Source: Methanomassiliicoccaceae archaeon (GTDB lineage: Archaea; Thermoplasmatota; Thermoplasmata; Methanomassiliicoccales; UBA472). From it: a DNA stretch of 64,000 nt. The stretch is from NCBI GenBank assembly GCA_963751645.1, contig CAVVVD010000008.1:13480-77479 (forward strand), read 5' to 3'. Both the position numbers and the translations under genes were made by a program. Of this stretch, positions 1-8,178 are shown piece after piece (the first letter of the stretch is position 1; every line of letters begins with the position of its first letter). The notes below the pieces were generated by a model. The model searched no databases and was not told the origin of the DNA. It saw only the letters and a program-made list of their open reading frames with translations.

Positions 1-550
1 CTCTCACAAAGTCCCTGATGTCCGGATGGTCCACTCTCAGCACCCCCATCGAGGCCCCTCTTCGTCGGCCCCCTTGCCGGACCGCCTCGGTGGCCACATC
101 GAACACTCGCATGAACGACAACGGACCAGAGGCCTCACCGCTCGTCGATGCGACCATATCGCCCGTGGGTCTCAGTCGGGAGAATGAGAACCCGGTCCCG
201 CCACCGCTCTGATGCACCACCGCCGCCCATTTCACCGCATCGAAGATCCCCTCGATGGAATCCTCCACCGGGAGCACGAAGCAGGCTGCCAGTTGCTGGA
301 TCTGGGTCCCTGCGTTCATCAATGTGGGGGAATTGGGAAGGAAGGAAAGGGAGCGCATCGCCTCGTAGAATTCCTCCTCCTCTTTCCGTGCGTCCCGGTC
401 CCCATAATGTTCGTTGACCGAGGCGATGTCGTGCGCCACCCTCCTGAACATTTCATCTGGAGTCTCGATCAACCGCCCCTCGCCATCCTTGCGCAGGTAG
501 CGCTTCCTGAGCACTATCGAGGCGTTCGCTGTGAGGTCAACGTGATCCAT
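1..550 (-). CDS. nrdJ: Adenosylcobalamin-dependent (class II) ribonucleotide reductase, N-terminal part; the gene continues past the window start
   Basis: Truncated reverse-strand ORF absent from the ORF track. My translation from the ATG (complement of 548-550) reads [39 protein letters not shown]...[13 protein letters not shown]...[15 protein letters not shown]...[19 protein letters not shown]...[12 protein letters not shown]...[14 protein letters not shown]. These are the conserved N-terminal motifs of B12-dependent RNR. Confidence 0.8.
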   Translation of the reverse strand, partial: MDHVDLTANASIVLRKRYLRKDGEGRLIETPDEMFRRVAHDIASVNEHYGDRDARKEEEEFYEAMRSLSFLPNSPTLMNAGTQIQQLAACFVLPVEDSIEGIFDAVKWAAVVHQSGGGTGFSFSRLRPTGDMVASTSGEASGPLSFMRVFDVATEAVRQGGRRRGASMGVLRVDHPDIRDFVR

Positions 551-618
551 GGTAGCTCGCAGCGACTATTCGACCCATCCGTATTTAATTTGAGCCTATC
601 GCACCCAGGGAGGGGAAT

Positions 619-897
619 ATGATAAAATATTTCCCAGGTCGATTAGGTCCAGGAGTTGCGCCCATGAGATTCACGACCAAGACCAGCCTGAAACCCGCGG
701 AGGTCCTGAGCCTGGCCAGGTCGAATTTCGTGGGACTCGGGTTGAAGCTAACCGAAGAGACCGAACGTCGTTTGGTAATGGAGAGCGAAAAGGGGTTCAT
801 CGCAGTTCAGTTGCGTGGCGTGGAGGGAAGGGAGGTCGATGTGATCACAGAGGGCTTCGACCGGCCTGCCAAGGATTTCCTGAAGCGCCTGGGATGA
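619..897 (+). CDS. Small hypothetical protein
   Basis: 92-aa ORF abutting the TRAM gene. The real start is possibly the internal Met (MRFTTKT..., about 664). No motif recognised. Confidence 0.35.
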   Translation: MIKYFPGRLGPGVAPMRFTTKTSLKPAEVLSLARSNFVGLGLKLTEETERRLVMESEKGFIAVQLRGVEGREVDVITEGFDRPAKDFLKRLG

Positions 898-1137
898 ATG
901 GAGGTGATGATGATGAAGTTCAAGAAGTTCGACCAGCCCCAGAGGAAGGCGACCGTCAACGTTGGAGATGTCTACCAGGTCAGCATCCGGGACATGGGGA
1001 AGCAAGGGGATGGGATAGCCCGCGTGGAAGGCATGGTTGTGTTCGTCCGGGGAGCCAAGGTGGGGGAGGACCTAGAGGTCCGCATAACCAAGGTGTCCGG
1101 AAGCAATGCGTTCGCCGAGAAGGTGGAACCTGCCTAA
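898..1137 (+). CDS. Stand-alone TRAM domain protein (putative RNA-binding/RNA chaperone)
   Basis: 79 aa. VGDVYQVSIRDMGKQGDGIARVEGMVVFVRGAKVGEDLEVRITKVSGSNAFAE matches the TRAM beta-barrel pattern. A paralog lies at 33140-33352. Confidence 0.8.
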   Translation: MEVMMMKFKKFDQPQRKATVNVGDVYQVSIRDMGKQGDGIARVEGMVVFVRGAKVGEDLEVRITKVSGSNAFAEKVEPA

Positions 1138-1835
1138 CGGCGAAGGTCACGCTGGAACCCAGAGCACTGGACCCTCACCCAAGGTATGCTTTTCACTAGT
1201 TCGTCTCCCATTTCCAGCATCTCATTCACCGGTGGGGAGGCGACCTCTATCCCGTTCCAGGGAACGTCGTTCATGGGATTGCTCAGGAACTGATTGAGTA
1301 TGGCCTCATCGGCGTAGGGGGCGAGCTGCTCCCCGATCCGCTTCACCTTGTCCATGTCGATATAGCGCGGTATGACGCGGGTCATTATCCGCAATGGCCT
1401 GCCTTTGATGATCTCCAAACTCTGTTTGAGGTTCACCAGGAACCCCTGGACCCATTCCTCGTCATGACCTGAGAGGGATGACCAGCATCTCGCATCATCG
1501 AGGGGGCATTTTATTTCCAGGGAGAAACGGTCCACATAAGGTAGGAAGTCCTTGATGGCGGTGGGATCGTTCCCAGAGGTCTTCACCGTGACCTCCATCC
1601 CTCGCTGCTTGAGGGTCTTGACCAAGGGGAACAGCTCCTTCTTCTGGATGAGAGGGTCCATCCCTCCGATGTATACCCGCTTCACTGCATCCGTCGCCAC
1701 CTCTGAGATCACCTTCTCAACGGTATAGTCCCGTCGGTCCTGCCGTCCGTGGGCACAGTAAACGCATTTCATCGGACAACCGGACAGGGCGATGCTTGCT
1801 AGATCCCCAGACTTGGAGATGGAGATGACCTTCAT
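1134..1835 (-). CDS. Radical SAM protein (small activase/QueE-like)
   Basis: 233 aa. N-terminal CX3CX2C cluster motif CPMKCVYC, followed by a GGMDPL glycine-rich SAM-binding-like motif. Confidence 0.75.
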   Translation of the reverse strand: MKVISISKSGDLASIALSGCPMKCVYCAHGRQDRRDYTVEKVISEVATDAVKRVYIGGMDPLIQKKELFPLVKTLKQRGMEVTVKTSGNDPTAIKDFLPYVDRFSLEIKCPLDDARCWSSLSGHDEEWVQGFLVNLKQSLEIIKGRPLRIMTRVIPRYIDMDKVKRIGEQLAPYADEAILNQFLSNPMNDVPWNGIEVASPPVNEMLEMGDELVKSIPWVRVQCSGFQRDLRR

Positions 1836-1873
1836 GCGACATCATTGGCTACTGCCCAGATGTATTTTGCGCC

Positions 1874-2671
1874 TTATTGTTTGAACGTCAATGAGCGCGG
1901 GGACACATGTCTCTGATCGGTGACGACGACATCCACGAGGTCCAATGGTGTGAGCTCGAATATCTGGGTGAGCTCATGTAGGCCTTCGGACTCCATTTTC
2001 TTCCTTCCGAACTCCACATGCTCCAATGGGGCTATCTTGAGTTCGCTGCAGAGTACGTAGAACGTCTTCCCCGCGGTCATGGCGACCGTGGACAAGGCCC
2101 TCGTACCGACCTTATTGAACACGCCCATGGGGGTGATCGCATCCGCTCCAACTACGCAGCAGTCCACCTCGTCGATGACCGCGCCCATGAGGGCATCAGG
2201 GATGACCCTGACCTTGACCCCGTTCTTCATGAGCTTCTTGGCTGTGATCCGTCCCTCGGCCATGGGGAGCGATTCGGCGACCAGCACCTCGATCTCCCTC
2301 TCGCTCTTCAACATCAGCAGGGTAGCCATTACGGTGCTCGAATATGACAACGTGAGGAACTTCTCCCCCTGCGCGATATTGACAAAACGTGAGGCGATGT
2401 GGCTGGGGGCGTTGATCTCCTGATCGGTGCAGCGTTCCACCATGAGCGTGATGGCGTTGTTCCAGTTCTGAATGGCCGTGTTGGAGGCCAGTCCCTCGAT
2501 CTCCTTGGCGATGTTATAGAAGGTCGCTATACCGGGTCGTGCCATACGGACCTCCGTGGCGAACTCTACCCATTCGGCTCGCGGCACCGTCTGATTGTTG
2601 CTCAAGAAGGCACGAAGGTCCTGTAGCAATCTAGAGGTCATCTCCGATGCTCCGGACAGTCGAATCTCCAA
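1874..2671 (-). CDS. eIF-2B alpha/beta/delta family protein (aIF-2B-like or sugar-phosphate isomerase family)
   Basis: 265 aa. The core VLVAESLPMAEGRITAKKLMKNGVKVRVIPDALMGAVIDEVDCCVVGADAITPMGVFNKVGT is typical of the IF-2B family. Confidence 0.7.
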   Translation of the reverse strand: MEIRLSGASEMTSRLLQDLRAFLSNNQTVPRAEWVEFATEVRMARPGIATFYNIAKEIEGLASNTAIQNWNNAITLMVERCTDQEINAPSHIASRFVNIAQGEKFLTLSYSSTVMATLLMLKSEREIEVLVAESLPMAEGRITAKKLMKNGVKVRVIPDALMGAVIDEVDCCVVGADAITPMGVFNKVGTRALSTVAMTAGKTFYVLCSELKIAPLEHVEFGRKKMESEGLHELTQIFELTPLDLVDVVVTDQRHVSPRSLTFKQ

Positions 2672-2777
2672 TGATGGCGGTAATCATGGCCTGAAGGGCC
2701 GGTCTCATATTTGGAGAATATTCCTCCTTAAATAAGCTATTTGCATCGATATTATTGAAATGAATAATTAGGGAGGC

Positions 2778-3260
2778 CTAGGCCTCCACGTTGCTGACGA
2801 CCACCTCGTCCGAAATGGCCTCCAGTTCCGCCAGCTGTTTGTCATAATGGTTCTTGGGGTCCAGGCTGATGATGAAGTTATGACAGCAACCGTCGCTGAC
2901 GGTGGCATGGGCCCTCTTCAATATGTTCAACACAGGTCTGAATCCATTCCACATCTCTAGAACATCCAGGCCGTTGAGGACCACGATCCCGTTCTCGTTC
3001 TCCTTCAGGAACTGCTCCAAGTACCGCTCGAACATCTTGAGGTTCATGGGTGGTATGCAATCCTCATCTGGACGTGGAGAGAGCCACCTTGTGGTCAATG
3101 GCTCGTTCAGATTTATGAACTGGTTCTTGATCTGGTTCGGTGAATGCTTCGATATGTACAAGGCCGGGCGTCCCCTGGCCAGCTCCTTCCTCAACAATTG
3201 ATGCGTCCTCAATGGTACCCTCTCTTCGATCAGGTACATCTTACCATTGTCCAATTTCAT
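2778..3260 (-). CDS. DUF835-like domain protein (stand-alone)
   Basis: I prefer the internal start MKLDNGKMYLIEE at 3260 because a GGAGG Shine-Dalgarno-like motif lies just upstream on the coding strand. The sequence YLIEERV...TTRWLSP...NGIVVLNGLDVLEMWNGFRPVLNILKRAH...IISLDPKN...LAELE aligns by eye with the C-terminal domain of the IleRS ORF. Confidence 0.6.
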   Translation of the reverse strand: MKLDNGKMYLIEERVPLRTHQLLRKELARGRPALYISKHSPNQIKNQFINLNEPLTTRWLSPRPDEDCIPPMNLKMFERYLEQFLKENENGIVVLNGLDVLEMWNGFRPVLNILKRAHATVSDGCCHNFIISLDPKNHYDKQLAELEAISDEVVVSNVEA

Positions 3261-3564
3261 GTTTTTCCTCCCCAAACAATCGCAAATACGATGTTGAGTG
3301 TTTGTGCTTAAACCAATTTTACGCATTCCTCGAGGAAAACTGATGGATAATCCGCTGAAAGAGCGGACAATATCAGTTAAGTGCTGCTCGATGCCAATGG
3401 ATCATGTCGATATGCAGCAGATGGCAGACAAGGGCGGAAGACATCATTCGGAACATCCAGCACAGGAAGTTTTTGGAGTGATCACCGGTCACCCCTTTTG
3501 AATAAATATCGATCTTTGGAATAGCGCTGGGCGAGCGTATTTTTTTACCCCTGATATCCAGAGA

Positions 3565-3996
3565 TCAATGGACCTCGGACGACTCCAACAGTGGGATGCC
3601 TATCTCCTGAAGCTTGCCCACGGCCTCCTCGATGCGGTCCACCCGGAGGATCAGGACCGCCCCATGCCTGGAGCTGTAGGCATAGCTGTAATCTATGTTG
3701 ATGTCAGCCTTACCCAACACCTCGGCCACCTCCCTCAGGCCACCAGGTCTGTCCTTCATGCGTACGGCGATGACATCGGTGGTCTTCACCATGAAACCGA
3801 GGTCCGACAGCTTCTTGCACGCCCTGATAGGATCGGACACCAATGCCCTTATCACACCGAACCCTTCTGCCTCAGCGATGCTGAATGCGTAGATGTCGAT
3901 AGACTCCCCTTCCATCGCCTGGGCGAACGCGGCGAGGCGTCCCGGCCTGTTCTCGGTGAACATCGATACCTGTTGAATGAGATGCTTCTTGACCAT
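3565..3996 (-). CDS. ACT domain protein
   Basis: 143 aa with two ACT-like halves (VSMFTENRPGRLA..., IAVRMKDRPGGLREVA...). Its start overlaps the paaK stop, a common paaK-ACT pairing. Confidence 0.75.
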   Translation of the reverse strand: MVKKHLIQQVSMFTENRPGRLAAFAQAMEGESIDIYAFSIAEAEGFGVIRALVSDPIRACKKLSDLGFMVKTTDVIAVRMKDRPGGLREVAEVLGKADINIDYSYAYSSRHGAVLILRVDRIEEAVGKLQEIGIPLLESSEVH

Positions 3997-5369
3997 CAGA
4001 TCTTCCTCCTATCAATGACCCGTTTCGCCTTTCCCTCGAACCGGGGGAGCGAATCCGGATTGGCCAGCTCGACCTCGACATTGACGTTCAATGAGGATCG
4101 TAACGCGTGTGTCACCTTCCTCTTGATGCGCATCAGGTCGTCGATACGGTCGCTGAAGTACTCCCTTTTTAGCTCGACGCGGACCAACATGTCATCCAGC
4201 TCGCCCTTGCGGTCCACCTCGATCATGAAGTGGGTGCCCACCTCGGGTATGGACATCAGGGAGTACTCTACCTGGGATGGGAAAACATTGATGCCACGGA
4301 TGATAAGCATGTCGTCTACCCTTCCTTGGATACGACCTATGCGGGGATGGGTACGGCCACAGGCGCACTCCTCCTCTTGAAGGGTGGTGATGTCACCGAC
4401 CCGATATCGGATAATGGGCAATGCCTCCTTCTGCAACATGGTGACCACCAGCTCGCCTCTCTCACCAGGTGCCACCGGCTCCTCGGTGTCGGGATCGATC
4501 ACCTCGACCAGGGCCAGGTCTCCCCAAACGTGGATGCCGCATTGCTCCTCGCATTCCGTGAAGAGCGGTCCCGAGAGTTCGCTCGTCCCATAGATGTCAT
4601 ATGCCTTTATTCCGAGGTCGTCCTCGATCCTCATGCGCATCCTTTCGGACCATGGCTCCGCCCCCAAGATGGCGCGGCGGAGCTTGGTGTCCTTGGCGAA
4701 GCTCACCCCCATCTTCTGAGCGACCTCGCCCATATGAAGAAGGTAGGATGGCGTGCAAGCTATGGCGGTGACCTGCATATCCATCATGAGCTCTATTTGC
4801 CTCTCGGTGTTGCCAACGCTCGCTGGTAGGACCGCGGCTCCGATGCGCTCAGCCCCATAGTGCAGGCCCAGACCACCGGTGAAGAGCCCGTAACCGTAGG
4901 ATACCTGGATCGTATCCGCCCTTCCCAGGCCACAGGATGAAAGCGCCCTGGCCAATGAGGTGGTCCAACCGTCCAGGTCGTGCTGGGTATATCCCACCAC
5001 CGTGGATTTACCTGTGGTACCAGAGGATGCATGGAATCTGACCACCTCGTCCCTCGGGGTCACGAAGAGCTTGTCCGGATAGTTGTCCCGGAGATCGCTC
5101 TTCACCATGAAGGGCAGCTTGGCCACATCGTCAAGGCACTGAATGTCGTCCGGATGGACGTTGGCGGCCTTCATCCGCCTTCGATAGAAATCGGAGAAGC
5201 TGTACAACTTGTAGACCAGGGTCTTCATCGATTTGAACTGGAGCGACTTCAGCTCCTCCCGGGGCATCTGTTCCATCCTTGGGTTCCAATAGCTGATGGT
5301 CTCACCTTCCGCCAGAGGTATTGGAGGGCGAACGCGTTGGCCCTTTATAACATTGACTAAAAATGTCAT
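3996..5369 (-). CDS. paaK: Phenylacetate-CoA ligase
   Basis: YWNPRMEQMPREELKSLQ..., AMP-binding motif SSGTTGKSTVV and YGTSE fit PaaK. The track ORF extends to 5444, but that extension overlaps the RNase P RNA 3' end. The start is therefore more likely Met at 5369 or 5384. Confidence 0.85.
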   Translation of the reverse strand: MTFLVNVIKGQRVRPPIPLAEGETISYWNPRMEQMPREELKSLQFKSMKTLVYKLYSFSDFYRRRMKAANVHPDDIQCLDDVAKLPFMVKSDLRDNYPDKLFVTPRDEVVRFHASSGTTGKSTVVGYTQHDLDGWTTSLARALSSCGLGRADTIQVSYGYGLFTGGLGLHYGAERIGAAVLPASVGNTERQIELMMDMQVTAIACTPSYLLHMGEVAQKMGVSFAKDTKLRRAILGAEPWSERMRMRIEDDLGIKAYDIYGTSELSGPLFTECEEQCGIHVWGDLALVEVIDPDTEEPVAPGERGELVVTMLQKEALPIIRYRVGDITTLQEEECACGRTHPRIGRIQGRVDDMLIIRGINVFPSQVEYSLMSIPEVGTHFMIEVDRKGELDDMLVRVELKREYFSDRIDDLMRIKRKVTHALRSSLNVNVEVELANPDSLPRFEGKAKRVIDRRKI

Positions 5370-5404
5370 GGCTGGACGTATCATGGTGCAACTGTTGCAA
5401 GGGC

Positions 5405-5700
5405 CAGGTGAGGGTAGTAGTCCCCCTTCTGTTTCAGGCGACATTCAACTAAGCGCCCTACCCGCCGGTCCTGAGATCGTCATTCCAGCTGTTTGGGCTT
5501 GCTCCGGTGGGGAGTCACCGTTTCACCAAATCCTCAGGGAACGTCATCGACAGACGAATCATCCTGCCCCCGAGACTGTGTCGTTTCTGCGTCCTTGCCT
5601 TGGCTCTCACCAAACCACTCGTGTGGTCCACCTTTCTCGTGGAGGAGGGAACTTCCTCAGCTGGGCTTGCGCCCTACCGTCAGTCGCCCTCCCTCTCCTG
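5405..5700 (-). ncRNA. rnpB: RNase P RNA (archaeal type-A-like)
   Basis: The reverse complement contains the universal conserved regions: GAGGAAGTTCC (CR-I-like GAGGAAAGUCC), GGTGAAACGGTG...ACTCCCCACCGGAGCAAGCCCAAACAG (compare E. coli ACUCCACCCGGAGCAAGGCCAAAUAG), GGGTAGGGCGCTTAG, and ACAGAAGGGGGACTA (CR-V-like ACAGAACCCGGCUUA). The termini pair as P1: CAGGAGAGGG with CCCTCACCTG. Confidence 0.75.
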
Positions 5701-5725
5701 GCATCTGCATCGATGACCAAGGCGG

Positions 5726-5732
5726 TATATAA
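5726..5732 (-). promoter_or_regulatory. TATA box for the RNase P RNA gene
   Basis: TTATATA on the minus strand, centred about 29 nt upstream of the inferred RNA 5' end. This is the canonical archaeal TATA-to-TSS spacing. Confidence 0.45.
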
Positions 5733-5892
5733 CCGTGAGCCATGAACCATCATGTCGGCCCTTTGTCCTTACACCACCACCACAAGGTTGGATCCATTGG
5801 ATGGATGTTTAATCGATCGGCCATGAAGGGGTCACCCGACAAGACGTGGGTGCAAAGGTTGATAAAGTGTAGGGGCATTCCGAGTCGAGCAA

Positions 5893-5979
5893 GCAGGGGT
5901 AGCCAAGCCTGGCCAACGGCGCTAGATTGAGGGTCTAGTCCTTAGTGGTCCTTGGGTTCAAATCCCAACCCCTGCACCA
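5893..5979 (+). tRNA. tRNA-Leu (anticodon GAG), CCA encoded
   Basis: Acceptor GCAGGGG/CCCCTGC. Anticodon arm CTAGA-TTGAGGG-TCTAG. Long variable arm. T arm TTGGG-TTCAAAT-CCCAA. Discriminator A followed by CCA. Confidence 0.9.
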
Positions 5980-6197
5980 TTATCTTTATGCAACACAAAT
6001 TTTGGCGTTTTCCATTCATCATTGTCTCGGTTGTCTCAGCCCAAGCGTTTCGACTTGTTTGACACCCTTCTTCCTTCCAATATCTGCTAATATTGATAGA
6101 GTCTCAGATTGCGTGCACTTGAAGAGCCAAGGCAAGATCGATTTCGACCTCAATTCTCGATAGTTATATTGGTTCCAGGCATAAATGGACTGGAAGC

Positions 6198-7133
6198 ATG
6201 AGAATGTTAAAACACGAAGCATATGAGCGCGCTCGCCATTTTCTCCTACAGCAGGCAAGACCACTGGAGCGGGCGCTCTTCCAGCACCGCTTCGAAGATG
6301 CCGGCACGGAGGGAGCGCTCATTGCTCTGAGCACGTTCCAGAACTCAGATGGCGGTTTTGGTCGGGCACTTGAACCAGACCTACGCTCCCCTAGCTCGTC
6401 CGCACTCGCCACCGCGATAGGCCTGAGGATGCTGAGTGTGCTGGACTGTCCCGCAGATGAGCCCCTGGTGCAACGTGCGGTGGCGTACCTGGAGGACGCG
6501 TTCGAGGAGGAGAACGGTACCTGGCATGTTGCACCCAAGGATGTGAATTCATATCCACATGCGCCGTGGTGGCACGATAAGGACGGCAGTCTGGAGAGGA
6601 CCTTTGACGGATTCCATATCATCCCGCGCGCCCTTGTTGTGGCCGGCTTGTACTCTTACTCATCACTGTTGCCAATAGAATGGCTAGAGAGGGTGACCGA
6701 GGAAACGATCGAGTATATCGAGTCCGCCCCAGAATTGGGCGGAGGAGGGGGTAGCGACCTGGAGTATGCAATCGCCCTGGCTGAGACTAGAGACCTGCCG
6801 CATCGATGGGTGCAACGATTGGAGAACCGTATCCGCGAGGTTATACCGAAGGTCGTGATTGGCGATCCAGAAAGATGGAACTCCTACTGCCTGACCCCCT
6901 TGCGGGTGATTAGGACGCCAGAGTCAATCGGCGCGGACTTGGTCGCCGATATGGTGCAGAAACACCTGGACTACCAGATTGATCATCAGAGCGCAGAGGG
7001 AACTTGGGATCCGGTCTGGTCGTGGGCTGGATCATATCCAGAGGACTGGGCTCAAGCACGCTTGGAATGGCGTGGCCACCTGACGCTGGAGTCGTTGACT
7101 CAGATGAAGGCGTTTGGGCGGATTGAGGATTAG
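6198..7133 (+). CDS. Hypothetical protein with prenyltransferase/terpene-cyclase-like (alpha/alpha toroid) repeat signature
   Basis: 311 aa. The QNSDGGFG motif and the spacing of Trp/Asp-rich repeats are reminiscent of prenyltransferase/squalene-oxidase repeats. No catalytic assignment is possible. Confidence 0.45.
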   Translation: MRMLKHEAYERARHFLLQQARPLERALFQHRFEDAGTEGALIALSTFQNSDGGFGRALEPDLRSPSSSALATAIGLRMLSVLDCPADEPLVQRAVAYLEDAFEEENGTWHVAPKDVNSYPHAPWWHDKDGSLERTFDGFHIIPRALVVAGLYSYSSLLPIEWLERVTEETIEYIESAPELGGGGGSDLEYAIALAETRDLPHRWVQRLENRIREVIPKVVIGDPERWNSYCLTPLRVIRTPESIGADLVADMVQKHLDYQIDHQSAEGTWDPVWSWAGSYPEDWAQARLEWRGHLTLESLTQMKAFGRIED

Positions 7134-7176
7134 AATCGACGATTGAAGCGCGGATTCCAGGCAGTGACCAGGGCGT

Positions 7177-7977
7177 TCACATCATGGCACCGATCATGTT
7201 CTGAACATCGACGGTCTGGAGCGATGTGCCGCAATACTCGCAGACGAAGAAGCTGTTGGCGTCCCGCTGACCATTCAATTTGATGGTCCCATGGCATGAT
7301 GGGCATTTGTAAGGGATGGTGAAGTTGCTCTCCTTGAGGAACTCCAGCATCTTGTTCACATCTACGGTTATGTGGTGGACGACCTGGTTCTTGTTCTTTA
7401 TCCTGAGCTGCTTTGCCTTCTCTAATAGCCCAGCCTTCTCATAGTGGTTGGCAGCGTCCTCGATGCGTTCCACGCTCTCGGCCAGCCTGGCCTGAGAATA
7501 GTTCCACCATTTCGGTTCGTCCCAGTTCGCAGGACCATCATAGGGGCTCCCAAATGCCCACAGGAACTTATTAGAATAGATCTTGGAACATTTTGGGCAA
7601 TAGGCCTGGAGGCAAAGCATGGGGATGGTGAAGCCGTTCTCGTTCGGGAATGCGAAGTTGACCCTTTCATCGAGCGAAAATCGGTATTTTGTCGGAGATG
7701 TATCGTATCCGCAAGCGGGGCAAGCACCGTAGGGATTCGATTTATAGGCTTCCGCGGTCACCCCGGACTCCATGTTTGCGATACATGGTTTGCATATTGC
7801 GGACCTTAATGCGAAGTGCTCTGTGAAAGGCCTTCCATCCGGATCCTTATCGACTTTCGACCCTATCCCACTCCCATATACATCACCGCAATCGCTGCAA
7901 TACTTCTTCCTGCAGCTCTTGCAATTGGTGTTTATCAGCAAACCTATCTTCTTACTGCAGTTGGGGCACTGGGCCAT
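7177..7977 (-). CDS. Multi-zinc-ribbon hypothetical protein
   Basis: 266 aa with at least five CxxC pairs (CPNC, CKSC..CSDC, CPAC, CPKC, CPSC..CEYC) and a central helical segment. Confidence 0.5.
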   Translation of the reverse strand: MAQCPNCSKKIGLLINTNCKSCRKKYCSDCGDVYGSGIGSKVDKDPDGRPFTEHFALRSAICKPCIANMESGVTAEAYKSNPYGACPACGYDTSPTKYRFSLDERVNFAFPNENGFTIPMLCLQAYCPKCSKIYSNKFLWAFGSPYDGPANWDEPKWWNYSQARLAESVERIEDAANHYEKAGLLEKAKQLRIKNKNQVVHHITVDVNKMLEFLKESNFTIPYKCPSCHGTIKLNGQRDANSFFVCEYCGTSLQTVDVQNMIGAMM

Positions 7978-8178
7978 GTAATTGAGAACAATCTCCTTTT
8001 TAATAAATAGTTACGACCTGGATGCTATTTTTTGATATTCACAAAAGGTTCGATAGAGATGGGGATTATCCTCACACAACTGACATAGTGACGACCATAT
8101 TCATTATTGGATCGAAATGAAAGAAAAGGGTCCCATCATCTCAAGCCTGGGGATGGTTGAAGGGAACGCCTTAACGTT

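Noticed and set aside
1134-1835. Radical SAM protein as an activase for the nearby ribonucleotide reductase
   Set aside because: The adjacent RNR is class II (B12-dependent), which needs no glycyl-radical activase. The genes are separated by two unrelated genes, so proximity is probably coincidental.
5445-5892. Considered SRP (7S) RNA or protein-coding ORFs (5296-5745, 5493-5732, 5507-5716, 5742-5930) in the paaK/tRNA-Leu gap
   Set aside because: I found no SRP helix-8-type GGAAGGGAGCAGC-like motif. The minus strand instead carries the RNase P RNA conserved regions. The ORFs are Pro/Ser/Arg-rich and overlap that RNA.
5980-7977. Possible integrated element at the 3' side of tRNA-Leu (lower-GC spacer 5980-6197, then a bacterial-looking toroid-repeat protein and a multi-zinc-ribbon protein)
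   Set aside because: I could find no integrase, no direct repeat of the tRNA 3' end, and no other mobile-element genes. GC of the two genes looks like the rest of the window.
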